DNA of 64,000 nucleotides, taken from the sequence record MN850579.1. One strand, written 5' to 3'. The translations under genes and the position numbers were made by a program. The stretch's first letter is position 1. The number at the start of each line of letters is the position of its first letter. Positions 43,405 through 52,177 of the stretch are shown here, in pieces. The notes under the pieces are model-generated. The model saw only the letters and a program-made list of their open reading frames with translations, had not been told where the DNA came from and did no database searches. This stretch comes from Escherichia phage mogra.

Positions 43405-44091
43405 ATGAATAGTTCTAAAGTGTTTAATAGTCAAGCTCGTGCAATAGGTGGTTTTGCTCATGCGATTAAAAACGACCAGATTAAAAACGAGCCTATGTTC
43501 TTTAACTGCGATTTGAATTTTGCTTTTGATAATGGCGGCCCAATTACTCGTAGCTTTATCCAAAATCTCCCTGACGATTGGAAAGACTCGGATGTAGTAT
43601 TTGATTCACGAGTCCACATGCTGATGCCTGGTTGGTACCCTGCTATTCCTGGATATCACCATGACGATGTTCCACGCCCTGATATTCCAGTTGGTCAACA
43701 TTTTATTACTGCAGGACAACCTGATTATGACAATCCTCGCTATTTGTCTGAACATATTCTTGGTCTTGTTAACGCTGATGTGTGTCCTACTCATTTTGCA
43801 ACAGGAACTGCAGAGTTCAGTCAGATTCCTGATGGCGAACTTATCTATCGCCAGTGGCACAAAGAAGTCCTCGAAAAAATCGAAAAAGGCGAACTAGAGA
43901 AATGGGAAGCTCCAGACCGTACTCTTCTTCAGTTTGATTGGCAAACATGGCACACTGGTTCTCGTGCAATTAGTAATGGATGGCGTTGGTTCGGACGTGT
44001 ATCTCGTAATACAGACCGAGTTAAAAAGATTACCAATGAAATTCGTGTCAATGCCCAAGTTTATCTGGAATTCCCTATGGAAGGTTGGTAA
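43405..44091 (+). CDS. Hypothetical protein (contains PGYHHDD motif)
   Basis: 228 aa ORF, translationally coupled. Confidence 0.65.
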   Translation: MNSSKVFNSQARAIGGFAHAIKNDQIKNEPMFFNCDLNFAFDNGGPITRSFIQNLPDDWKDSDVVFDSRVHMLMPGWYPAIPGYHHDDVPRPDIPVGQHFITAGQPDYDNPRYLSEHILGLVNADVCPTHFATGTAEFSQIPDGELIYRQWHKEVLEKIEKGELEKWEAPDRTLLQFDWQTWHTGSRAISNGWRWFGRVSRNTDRVKKITNEIRVNAQVYLEFPMEGW

Positions 44092-44582
44092 TGATTAACA
44101 AAACATATTGGTCTAATATAGACGATGGCAACGAAGGTATTTCGTATTATTCGGTAGATTGGACAGGATGTCCATCCTACTTAGTGAAACATATTTGCCA
44201 AGAATTTAAAATCTACCAGCCAGCAGGTATTATTGTGAACAGATACATTAATGGATATCAACCTATCGATGAAGTAATACGAACAACTCAAGCTGAGCTT
44301 GAAAAGTTTTTCAATAAGTGCCAATGGATAACAGGATGGATTATATTTGTACCGTCTATATGGTTTTTTAGTACTAAAGTAAGTGCCTTTGCTGTACTAG
44401 ATATTATCGCTATCTTATTAGCATCTACTATCGTAAGTATTATTGGTGGTATTATTGGTGGAGGTATTGTAGGCATCATTATTAATCTTATTAAAAGTAG
44501 TTTACAAGAACATAAAGACAAGATAAAAGCCAAGAATAATGAAGTTGAACGTTTTATTACCGAATGCAGGAATTTGAGATGA
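44091..44582 (+). CDS. Membrane protein with Gly-rich TM segment, C-terminal RFITECRNLR
   Basis: 163 aa; TAATG overlap with upstream stop; IIGGIIGGGIVGIII hydrophobic segment. Confidence 0.65.
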   Translation: MINKTYWSNIDDGNEGISYYSVDWTGCPSYLVKHICQEFKIYQPAGIIVNRYINGYQPIDEVIRTTQAELEKFFNKCQWITGWIIFVPSIWFFSTKVSAFAVLDIIAILLASTIVSIIGGIIGGGIVGIIINLIKSSLQEHKDKIKAKNNEVERFITECRNLR

Positions 44583-44815
44583 GTATAGCAATTTACATTA
44601 AATCAGAATCATGTGATAGTTATCTGTACACATACGATAAAGATGTGTCAGAAGAAAAAATCAAAGACGATCTTAATATGGACCTTGATATGTTCTGTCC
44701 TATTGCAGATTACAAACTTGCGGTCTCTAATAGTGAAAGTCCATCTAAAGAAACGCGCATCGAAGAATTTATGTCCGAATTAATGGCCAAATCATGGGAC
44801 CGAGATGATGAGTAA
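44579..44815 (+). CDS. Hypothetical acidic protein
   Basis: 78 aa; ATGA overlap with upstream gene. Confidence 0.55.
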   Translation: MSIAIYIKSESCDSYLYTYDKDVSEEKIKDDLNMDLDMFCPIADYKLAVSNSESPSKETRIEEFMSELMAKSWDRDDE

Positions 44816-45263
44816 GAAAAATAAAGTGAAAGAACTATCAGCCGGTATTATTTTCCTTACCGAAGATAAAGAATTATTCATGGGGCGTGTAACTGGTTCT
44901 TGTCCTAAAGGTTCTTTAGCTCATAGGTGGGATATTCCTAAAGGCCGTGTCGAACCTGGCGAATCTTCTATTGAAGCCGCTATTCGTGAATGCGAAGAAG
45001 AAACTGGGTTTACACAATATGACCCTGCCTTCCTGAAAGACCTAGGTGAACATCGTTACTCAGACAATAAGAATATTCATCTGTTCCTATATGCCATCCC
45101 TGTAGAGCACGAGCAATTCAGAAACAGTGTTTGTAATTCCTATCATACATTCCCAGACGGACGACAGATTCCTGAATTTGATGCATTCGCTTTAATTAAA
45201 CCTTCTCAATGGGAATATGTGATGGGCAAATCATTATATAAGGTGCTCACTACCCTCCTATAA
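44805..45263 (+). CDS. nudE: Nudix hydrolase (NudE / e.1-like)
   Basis: 152 aa; Nudix box GRVEPGESSIEAAIRECEEETG; immediately upstream of endolysin as in T4. Confidence 0.88.
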   Translation: MMSKKNKVKELSAGIIFLTEDKELFMGRVTGSCPKGSLAHRWDIPKGRVEPGESSIEAAIRECEEETGFTQYDPAFLKDLGEHRYSDNKNIHLFLYAIPVEHEQFRNSVCNSYHTFPDGRQIPEFDAFALIKPSQWEYVMGKSLYKVLTTLL

Positions 45264-45297
45264 GTAATAAATACCTCCTATAAACGTGGGAGGTATT
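45251..45297 (+). promoter_or_regulatory. Endolysin leader: RBS-sequestering hairpin with late-promoter-like loop
   Basis: ATACCTCC-TATAAACGTG-GGAGGTAT hairpin containing the SD; TATAAACG and upstream TATAAGTA resemble TATAAATA. Confidence 0.5.
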
Positions 45298-45786
45298 ATG
45301 AATATATTTGAAATGCTTCGTAATGACGAAGGTCTTAGACTGACTTTATACAAAGACACTGAAGGCTTTTGGACGATTGGCATAGGCCATTTAGTAACAA
45401 AGAACCCGTCTTTAGCCGTAGCTAAAGCTGAACTTGACAGAATGATCGGTCGTAAATGCAACGGTACAATTACCCTTGATGAGGCTGAAAAGCTATTTAA
45501 TGAAGACGTTGATAAAGCCGTTCGCGGAATCTTGGGTAATGCTAAACTTAAACCGGTGTATGATTCTTTAGACGCGGTTCGTCGATGTGCATTGGTCAAT
45601 ATGGTCTTCCAAATGGGTGTAGCAGGCGTCGCTGGTTTTACTAATTCTCTTCGTATGCTTCAACAGAAACGTTGGGACGAAGCGGCAGTAAATCTAGCCC
45701 AATCTAAATGGTATCGTCAGACACCTAATCGCGCGAAACGCGTAATCTCAACATTTAAAACAGGAACTTGGAAAGCGTATATATGA
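45298..45786 (+). CDS. e: Endolysin (T4 lysozyme)
   Basis: 162 aa; [32 protein letters not shown]... near-identical to T4 lysozyme. Confidence 0.97.
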   Translation: MNIFEMLRNDEGLRLTLYKDTEGFWTIGIGHLVTKNPSLAVAKAELDRMIGRKCNGTITLDEAEKLFNEDVDKAVRGILGNAKLKPVYDSLDAVRRCALVNMVFQMGVAGVAGFTNSLRMLQQKRWDEAAVNLAQSKWYRQTPNRAKRVISTFKTGTWKAYI

Positions 45787-46064
45787 AAACATACAATGAA
45801 TTTTTATCAGAATCTATTCTTAACGAAGCTACTGACACATTTGCAACTAAGCTAGGTGCAGCTTTGGTTGAAGCCGAAAGTCTATTAGCACGTATTTCTG
45901 AACTTGCTAGTAAGATAGATACTCGCAAATTTGAACGTACCAGCGATATCGTTAAGCTCGAAGCCTTGTTGCGTATGTGCGATAAACCGGAAGAAATCGC
46001 TAAGAACGGCTCGCTGATGAAACAACGTCTTGAAAAATATATTTCAGGCGCTTCAGAAAAATAG
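45783..46064 (+). CDS. Capsid-targeted protein (CTS-bearing), function unknown
   Basis: 93 aa; N-terminus [11 protein letters not shown]; ATGA overlap with e stop. Confidence 0.6.
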   Translation: MKTYNEFLSESILNEATDTFATKLGAALVEAESLLARISELASKIDTRKFERTSDIVKLEALLRMCDKPEEIAKNGSLMKQRLEKYISGASEK

Positions 46065-46065
46065 T

Positions 46066-46122
46066 GTTTACTTCCTCCAAGGACTTTGATACTATACATC
46101 TATCAACTACTTGGAGGAAATT
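46066..46122 (+). promoter_or_regulatory. Early promoter cassette (PeSL-like)
   Basis: GTTTAC -35, GATACTATAC -10 between TTCCTCCAAG/CTTGGAGGAA arms. Confidence 0.65.
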
Positions 46123-46536
46123 ATGACTCGTATCAATTTGACACTTGTTTCTGAACTGACCGACCAACATCTTATGGCTGAGTATCGTGAATTACCACGC
46201 GTATTTGGTGCAGTCCGTAAACATGTTCAAAACGGTAAACGTGTAAAGGATTTTAAAATCTCTCCAACATTTATCTTAGGCACAGGTCACGTAACATTCT
46301 TTTACGACAAACTCGAATTTTTACGTTTACGACAAATCGAGCTAATCGCTGAATGCTTGAAACGTGGTTTCAAAATCAAGGACACGACAGTCCAGGATAT
46401 TTCCGACATCCCTGCCGAATTTCGTAATAATTATGTCCCGTCTGAAGCGTCCATTGCGATAAGTCAAGCACGCTTAGATGAAAAAATTGCTCAACGTCCG
46501 ACTTGGTACAAATACTATGGTAAATCAATTTACTAA
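46123..46536 (+). CDS. denV: Endonuclease V (pyrimidine dimer DNA glycosylase)
   Basis: 137 aa; [34 protein letters not shown]... near-identical to T4 DenV. Confidence 0.96.
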   Translation: MTRINLTLVSELTDQHLMAEYRELPRVFGAVRKHVQNGKRVKDFKISPTFILGTGHVTFFYDKLEFLRLRQIELIAECLKRGFKIKDTTVQDISDIPAEFRNNYVPSEASIAISQARLDEKIAQRPTWYKYYGKSIY

Positions 46537-46542
46537 GGAAAA

Positions 46543-46803
46543 ATGAAAATGTATCAAGAATTTATCGCTGAAGCAGATGCCAAAGGTCCTAAATTTAAAG
46601 TTAAAGCTTTCATTGGTGATGCCGAAGACTTTGGCTCATTAAAACGTAATGGGTATTCTTTCTTAGGTGGCGATGGTAAAGAAATCAACACCTATGCAAA
46701 ACGTAGTGAAATTGCTTATGTTGTAGCAAGTCCTAAAGTAGATGTTGACGATATTGGATACGATTTTAACAACTTCGGAATTATTTCTGGCGGTAAAGCT
46801 TAA
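46543..46803 (+). CDS. Capsid-targeted protein (CTS-bearing), function unknown
   Basis: 86 aa; N-terminus MKMYQEFIAEA. Confidence 0.65.
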   Translation: MKMYQEFIAEADAKGPKFKVKAFIGDAEDFGSLKRNGYSFLGGDGKEINTYAKRSEIAYVVASPKVDVDDIGYDFNNFGIISGGKA

Positions 46804-46805
46804 AC

Positions 46806-46866
46806 GGTTTACGCTTAAGTATTAATATGGTATAATTACTCTATCAAAACAAACAAGGAAACAAAA
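46806..46866 (+). promoter_or_regulatory. Early promoter
   Basis: GTTTAC -35, TGGTATAAT extended -10, CTATCAAAAC box. Confidence 0.65.
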
Positions 46867-47445
46867 ATGAAAACGTATAAAGAATTTATCGCCGAGGCCT
46901 TTGCAGGAAAAGCTCAAGGCATTAATAAGGACGAGTGGAATTATCGTGGCGGAAACGGCTTTGACCCTAAAACTGCTCCACTTGAACGATATCTGGCCAC
47001 AAAAGCTTCTGATTTTAAAGCCTTCGCTTGGGAAGGACTACGCTGGCGTAACGATCTAAATATTGAAGTTGACGGACTTAAATTTGCTCATATTGAAGAT
47101 GTTGTTGCTAGTAACTTAGACGCAGCTTTTGTTAAAGCCGACAGTGACCTTCGTCGCTGGAATTTAAAACTGTTCTCTAAACAAAAAGGCCCGAAGTTTG
47201 TGCCTAAAGCAGGTAAATGGGTCATTGATAATAAATTAGCTAAAGCTGTCAACTACGCCGGTCTTGAATTTGCCAAGCATAAATCATCATGGAAAGGTCT
47301 TGATGCAATGGCTTTCCGTAAAGAATTTGCCGATGTTATGGCTAAAGGCGGCTTTAAGGCAGAAATAGATACAACTAAGGGCACGTTTAAAGACGCTAAT
47401 GTTCAGTACGCTTACGCCGTTGCTAATGCAGCCCGTAATTCCTAA
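46867..47445 (+). CDS. Internal protein (IPIII-like size) with capsid-targeting sequence
   Basis: 192 aa; N-terminus MKTYKEFIAEA; size close to T4 IPIII. Confidence 0.7.
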   Translation: MKTYKEFIAEAFAGKAQGINKDEWNYRGGNGFDPKTAPLERYLATKASDFKAFAWEGLRWRNDLNIEVDGLKFAHIEDVVASNLDAAFVKADSDLRRWNLKLFSKQKGPKFVPKAGKWVIDNKLAKAVNYAGLEFAKHKSSWKGLDAMAFRKEFADVMAKGGFKAEIDTTKGTFKDANVQYAYAVANAARNS

Positions 47446-47486
47446 TAAAGCTAATACTCAGACCTATTTACATTTAAAGGAAACAT

Positions 47487-47789
47487 ATGAAAACATATCA
47501 AGAATTTATTACTGAAGCGCGAGTGAGTGCAGGTAAATTAGAAGCCGCTATAAATAAAAAGGCCCATTCATTTCATGATTTGTCCGATAAAGACCGTAAG
47601 AAACTTGTAAGCCTTTATATTGACAAAGAGCGTATTCTCGCTCTTCCTGGCGCTAATGAAGGTAAACAGGCCAAGCCTTTGAATGCTGTCGAAAAGAAAA
47701 TTGATAACTTTGCTTCTAAATTCGGTATGTCTATGGATGACCTTCAGCAAGCGGCTATCGAAGCAGCTAAAGTAATTAAAGGTAAATAA
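47487..47789 (+). CDS. Internal protein (IPII-like size) with capsid-targeting sequence
   Basis: 100 aa; N-terminus MKTYQEFITEA. Confidence 0.7.
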   Translation: MKTYQEFITEARVSAGKLEAAINKKAHSFHDLSDKDRKKLVSLYIDKERILALPGANEGKQAKPLNAVEKKIDNFASKFGMSMDDLQQAAIEAAKVIKGK

Positions 47790-47791
47790 CA

Positions 47792-47853
47792 GTTTACTTT
47801 CTCCTAGAATTGTGATAGTATATTCATAATTACTTGGAGGGGTAAATACAGAA
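47792..47853 (+). promoter_or_regulatory. Early promoter cassette (PeSL-like)
   Basis: GTTTAC -35, GATAGTAT -10 region, TCTCC/GGAGG arms. Confidence 0.55.
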
Positions 47854-47902
47854 ATGGACAATTCATGCGCCACGGAATGGCCCAACCTAAAAGAGAAACT
47901 AA

Positions 47903-48442
47903 ATGAGAACATTTTTAACTGGTCCTTATCTATCCCTGATGAATGCTTTTACACACCATTCTGATGCTAGAGTAGAAGAAATTTGTAAGAATGGTTATGT
48001 CCCACCATTTGAAGACGTACTCAAGCAGTACTGTACACTTCGTTTAGACGGTGGCAGACAATCAGGTAAATCGTCCGCAGTAACTAATTTTGCTGTTAAT
48101 TGGCTATACGATGGTGGAACAGTTATTGTTCTTTCTAATACTTCAGCTTATGCTAAAATTTCTGCTGGCAACATTAAAAAAGAATTTTCTCGTTATTCTA
48201 GCGATGATATTCGATTCCGTTTATTTACTGATTCTGTTCGTAGTTTTATTGGCAATGAAGGTTCTAAATTCCGTGGATTAACGCTTTCTCGTATTCTGTA
48301 TATAATTGACGAGCCTATTAAAGCTCCTGATATGGATAAGATTTACAATGTCCACATTAAAACAGTACAGCACTGCTGCAAAAGCAAATATTGCATCGGC
48401 GGTAATGCTCGTCCTCAATTTTTTGTGATTGGAATGCAATGA
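47903..48442 (+). CDS. P-loop NTPase-like hypothetical protein
   Basis: 179 aa; Walker A-like GGRQSGKS and Walker B-like LYIIDEP; weak SD. Confidence 0.55.
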   Translation: MRTFLTGPYLSLMNAFTHHSDARVEEICKNGYVPPFEDVLKQYCTLRLDGGRQSGKSSAVTNFAVNWLYDGGTVIVLSNTSAYAKISAGNIKKEFSRYSSDDIRFRLFTDSVRSFIGNEGSKFRGLTLSRILYIIDEPIKAPDMDKIYNVHIKTVQHCCKSKYCIGGNARPQFFVIGMQ

Positions 48443-48747
48443 TGACCACTATTGAAGTTTTTGAGTATTGTTATAACAGCCCAGTATGCAATAAAAGGGC
48501 TCTTGTAGAAAATTACGAGATTTACCATTTTAAACCTAAACGATATCGTTTGACTAAAGGTCCGTTCGCAGGGCAGCAGGTTCTTTGTACTGCTCCTAAT
48601 GCACGGTTGATGACTAGTATTCCACATTTCAAAATGGAATTTATTGATGGGCCATTTAAGGGATTAATCACTCAAAGTTTAATGGCGTTTAATTCCGACC
48701 CATTTTTGATTAAAGAAAAATCTTGGATAAATTTATTTTCTAATTGA
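48439..48747 (+). CDS. Hypothetical protein
   Basis: 102 aa; ATGA overlap. Confidence 0.6.
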   Translation: MMTTIEVFEYCYNSPVCNKRALVENYEIYHFKPKRYRLTKGPFAGQQVLCTAPNARLMTSIPHFKMEFIDGPFKGLITQSLMAFNSDPFLIKEKSWINLFSN

Positions 48748-48753
48748 GGTTAT

Positions 48754-49116
48754 ATGAAAGCATATCAAATTCTTGAAGGTACACATAAAGGCACTATTTA
48801 TTTTGAAGACGGTACTCAAGCCCGGATTATCGTCTCTAAGACTTTTAAAGAAGACTCTATTGTAGACCCGGAAATTTTCTACGGTTTGCATGCCCGTGAA
48901 ATTGAAATTGAACATCAACCTAAAGTTAAAATTGAAGGTGGTCAACATCTGAACGTTAACGTTCTGCGTCGTGAAACTCTGGAAGATGCAGTTAAGCATC
49001 CGGAAAAATATCCGCAGCTGACCATCCGTGTATCCGGTTATGCAGTTCGCTTTAACTCTCTGACTCCGGAACAGCAGCGCGACGTTATCGCTCGTACCTT
49101 TACTGAGAGTCTATAA
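48754..49116 (+). CDS. Autonomous glycyl-radical cofactor (GrcA/YfiD-like; T4 Y06I-type)
   Basis: 120 aa; glycyl radical motif RVSGYAVRF; C-terminal half appears near-identical to E. coli GrcA from memory. Confidence 0.88.
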   Translation: MKAYQILEGTHKGTIYFEDGTQARIIVSKTFKEDSIVDPEIFYGLHAREIEIEHQPKVKIEGGQHLNVNVLRRETLEDAVKHPEKYPQLTIRVSGYAVRFNSLTPEQQRDVIARTFTESL

Positions 49117-49340
49117 TGGCTAAATTGATTATAGAAGGGTCTGAAGATGTTTTAAAATGTTTTGCCGCCTGGTTTAGTTGCTCAGGCGAGCAATCATTCA
49201 TTGAAGCATTTAGAACGGGTGATATTACTGGAAACTATCCGACAACTGATATCACTGTACGTGGATATGGTATTAATGAGCCTATCCAATTGGTCGAATA
49301 TGACCTTGCCACCGATGAGGAAATTCCTTATGTCGATTGA
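49116..49340 (+). CDS. Hypothetical protein
   Basis: 74 aa, ATGA overlap with upstream gene. Confidence 0.55.
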   Translation: MAKLIIEGSEDVLKCFAAWFSCSGEQSFIEAFRTGDITGNYPTTDITVRGYGINEPIQLVEYDLATDEEIPYVD

Positions 49341-49596
49341 AGACATCAAAGGCTACAAGCCACATACCGACGATAAAATCAGTAAAGTGAACGCTATTAA
49401 AGATGCAGAAGTCCGTCTTGGATTGATGTTTGATGCTCTGATTGAAGAAGCATATATCTTTAAAGAAAATGAAACAGAGCAACAAACCAAAGAAGATATG
49501 GATGCAGTGCAGGCTCTTAAGTATGCTAAGCAACATCTAAAAGAAGCCAGCATGTGGGCATGTCGTGCAGTATTTCGACCTGAGGAAAAATACTAA
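49330..49596 (+). CDS. Hypothetical protein
   Basis: 88 aa from internal Met of ORF-track 49162 ORF. Confidence 0.55.
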   Translation: MSIEDIKGYKPHTDDKISKVNAIKDAEVRLGLMFDALIEEAYIFKENETEQQTKEDMDAVQALKYAKQHLKEASMWACRAVFRPEEKY

Positions 49597-49895
49597 TGGC
49601 TCAAATCCTATCAGGCTTTGGAACTCATTATGAAGCATCTAGACGCATAACTGAAAGCAATCCTTTTGGCCTTGTTCCGAAGCACAAGAAAATTCAAAGC
49701 CTTGATGACTTTGAGAACCGCCTATGGGCCCTCTTTAATGAGTACAAGGCATATCTGAAAGAAGACGCTGACTATTGTCTTGAAGAAGATGAGATTGCGT
49801 ATTACGAACAACGCCTTGAACAGCTCAAGAACTTCCGTCAGGTTCGTGACGAAGTATCTAAAGCAGTTAAAAAGTTAATTCCTTTCAAAGAGTAG
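49596..49895 (+). CDS. Hypothetical protein
   Basis: 99 aa; ATGG overlap. Confidence 0.6.
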   Translation: MAQILSGFGTHYEASRRITESNPFGLVPKHKKIQSLDDFENRLWALFNEYKAYLKEDADYCLEEDEIAYYEQRLEQLKNFRQVRDEVSKAVKKLIPFKE

Positions 49896-49951
49896 TTTAC
49901 TTCTCCTCTAGTTGTGTTACTATAGACTTGTCAACTAGAGGAGAAATCAAA
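49895..49951 (+). promoter_or_regulatory. Early promoter cassette (PeSL-like) for regB
   Basis: GTTTAC -35, GTTACTATAG -10 in loop of TTCTCCTCTAGTTG/CAACTAGAGGAGAA hairpin that also contains the SD. Confidence 0.7.
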
Positions 49952-50410
49952 ATGACTATCAATTCGGAAGTTTTTATCCGCCGTAATAAACTCCGTCGAA
50001 TCTTTGAAACGGAGTTCCGCAAAATAAATGCCGGTATAAAAGATGCTGCAAAGTCTCTTGGACTACCAGGCTTTCATATCAAGTATTCTCAACATCTCTT
50101 AGATCGTGCCATCCAGAGAGAAATAGATGAGAATTACGTTTTTGAATTATTTCATAAAGTAAAAAATCATGTTAAAGAAGTTGCAGAATTTTTATCAATG
50201 CCGGCACGTCCGGATGTTGATGAAGATTTTGTCGAAGGTGTCGAATATCGCCCAGGCCGTTTAGAAATAACTGATGGAAATCTTTGGTTAGGACTTACAG
50301 TTTGTCGCGAAAATCCAGCATTCAAAATGAAGACTCTTCAATGCAGAATGGCTATTATTAACAGTAAACGACTACCAGGAAAAGCTTCTAAAGCAGTGAT
50401 TAAAATCTAG
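49952..50410 (+). CDS. regB: RegB endoribonuclease
   Basis: 152 aa; MTINSEVFIRRNKLRR...LQCRMAIINSKRLPGKASKAVIK close to T4 RegB. Confidence 0.93.
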   Translation: MTINSEVFIRRNKLRRIFETEFRKINAGIKDAAKSLGLPGFHIKYSQHLLDRAIQREIDENYVFELFHKVKNHVKEVAEFLSMPARPDVDEDFVEGVEYRPGRLEITDGNLWLGLTVCRENPAFKMKTLQCRMAIINSKRLPGKASKAVIKI

Positions 50411-50418
50411 AGGTAAAC

Positions 50419-50961
50419 ATGAGAAAAGCACTACTCGCTGGTCTATTTGCTCTTTCGTTATCAGCACATAGCTCCGAGCATACTTTTAGTAATGTCCAAC
50501 TCGATAACTTGAATTATGCTTATCAGTTTGGGGAACAGTTTTCTAAGGATGGAAAATTTAAAACGCATGAAAATATGCATAAGAAAGGACTTGGATACAT
50601 AATGGCCGCAATACTATGGCAAGAATCATCTGCCGGTATTAATCTTAAAGATAAGAAAGGTCACCATGCGTATGGAATGTTCCAAAACTATCTACCAACA
50701 ATGAGGGCAAGAATTAACCAGCTTGGGTATAATATGACTGATGCCCAAATTAAGAAAATGCTATCTAAGCGGTCTAATTCAACCAGATGGGCTTATATCG
50801 AATTTTCTTATTGGTTAAATATACATAACGGGGATATAAGAAAAGCTATATCCTCATATAATGCTGGATGGAAGACAAGTGCTGGAAGTAAATATGCTTC
50901 TGAAGTCCTAGAAAAGGCTAATTACCTTAAATCAAATAAACTACTGGAAATAAAAGAATGA
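50419..50961 (+). CDS. Secreted soluble lytic transglycosylase (SLT domain)
   Basis: 180 aa; signal peptide MRKALLAGLFALSLSAHS; SLT motifs E-S (WQESSAG), GMFQ, SYNAG. Confidence 0.7.
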   Translation: MRKALLAGLFALSLSAHSSEHTFSNVQLDNLNYAYQFGEQFSKDGKFKTHENMHKKGLGYIMAAILWQESSAGINLKDKKGHHAYGMFQNYLPTMRARINQLGYNMTDAQIKKMLSKRSNSTRWAYIEFSYWLNIHNGDIRKAISSYNAGWKTSAGSKYASEVLEKANYLKSNKLLEIKE

Positions 50962-51305
50962 CCAAAATGTTGGCTTTAATAGTTGGCTTGGTTTCATTTA
51001 ACGCTCTTGCTAATACTACATATACTGATGTAACGGAGTATACAAACAGAACGGCGTCTGATTATTGTGGTAAAAGTCAAGAGTGTAAAGTAGATTTTTC
51101 ACAAAAATTGTTATACGCTTATAAAGACGGAGAAAAAGATGGGGCGTCTAGTAGGTTCAAGGCGTCTACCTTAATTAAAAGATACTATAAAAAATGGCAA
51201 ATATTAGAATGCTCGGTGGCGGAACCTAAAGATAAGGCAGCATGCAATTCTATGGTGGACCGTCTAGTTGACTCTTATAATAGAGGACTTGCAGCAAGTG
51301 ATTAA
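50958..51305 (+). CDS. Secreted hypothetical protein
   Basis: 115 aa; signal peptide MTKMLALIVGLVSFNALA; four Cys. Confidence 0.6.
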   Translation: MTKMLALIVGLVSFNALANTTYTDVTEYTNRTASDYCGKSQECKVDFSQKLLYAYKDGEKDGASSRFKASTLIKRYYKKWQILECSVAEPKDKAACNSMVDRLVDSYNRGLAASD

Positions 51306-51765
51306 AAACTATATCAAGGGCGATATTGTCGCCCTGTTTTCTAAAGGTAATAATATTGCTCATGGGTGTAATTGTTTTCATACAATGGGCGCTGGTGTGG
51401 CAGGGCAATTAGCAAAGGCTTATCCAAAAATTCTGGAAGCCGATAAACTTCAAACCGAATTCGGAGACAAGTCTAAACTCGGGACTTATTCGGTTTATGA
51501 AAAATATTTTAAGACCCATAAAGCTTATTGCTTTAATCTTTATACACAGTTTGAGCCGGGACCTAATTTTGAGTACTCTGCTTTAATGAATTGTATAATA
51601 GAATTAAATAAATTCGGAAAGAATAAGATAACAAAGCCTGTAATTTATATGCCAAGAATTGGTGCAGGTATTGGTGGTGGAAACTGGGATGTCATCGAAG
51701 AGATTTTAGATACGTATTCCACTAAACTAGAAATTGTGATTGTTGATTGGGAACCGTTATTATGA
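51298..51765 (+). CDS. Macro-domain protein (ADP-ribose binding / hydrolase fold)
   Basis: GTG start overlapping upstream stop (no in-frame ATG); GDIVALFSKGNNIAHGCNCFHTMGAGVAGQ and IGAGIGGGNWDVI resemble macro glycine loops. Confidence 0.55.
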   Translation: MIKNYIKGDIVALFSKGNNIAHGCNCFHTMGAGVAGQLAKAYPKILEADKLQTEFGDKSKLGTYSVYEKYFKTHKAYCFNLYTQFEPGPNFEYSALMNCIIELNKFGKNKITKPVIYMPRIGAGIGGGNWDVIEEILDTYSTKLEIVIVDWEPLL

Positions 51766-51974
51766 ATATACATTATCCACATCCATATGATCCAAAGAAT
51801 AAGGCAGTAATTATTCGTCAATGGGAACGCATTTGTCGTACCAAATGTCCAATTAATAGTCCACATGATGTAGATAAAGACTACATCGGAACATTCGTTG
51901 AATATACCTTTATTGATAAGAAAGGCCGTAAACAACATGTAGAAGAATATTGCTTAAAGGTGACATGGCTATGA
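51762..51974 (+). CDS. Hypothetical protein
   Basis: 70 aa; ATGA overlap. Confidence 0.5.
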   Translation: MNIHYPHPYDPKNKAVIIRQWERICRTKCPINSPHDVDKDYIGTFVEYTFIDKKGRKQHVEEYCLKVTWL

Positions 51975-52177
51975 GTCAAACAAAAATTCTTACAGGTGCT
52001 AAATGCGAAAAATGCGAATGGCCTGTAGTTTTTGCTTTATGCAATGACGAAATGGCTTGTGATTTTGATTATTGGTGTTACTGTTCGAACAAAGGTTGTA
52101 GCAATCATAAAGGTGAAGGGTTTTACTCAGGATTTTACCCTTACCCAGATTTCGTTAAAGAAGGTGAACCTAAATGA
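51965..52177 (+). CDS. Cys-rich small protein
   Basis: 70 aa; CEKCEW...CNDEMACDFDYWCYCSNKGC, eight Cys. Confidence 0.5.
   Translation: MAMSQTKILTGAKCEKCEWPVVFALCNDEMACDFDYWCYCSNKGCSNHKGEGFYSGFYPYPDFVKEGEPK

Noticed and set aside
47854-47964. 36-aa ORF with a good SD overlapping the start of the P-loop gene
   Set aside because: May be a real leader peptide but overlaps the longer gene in another frame; left uncalled
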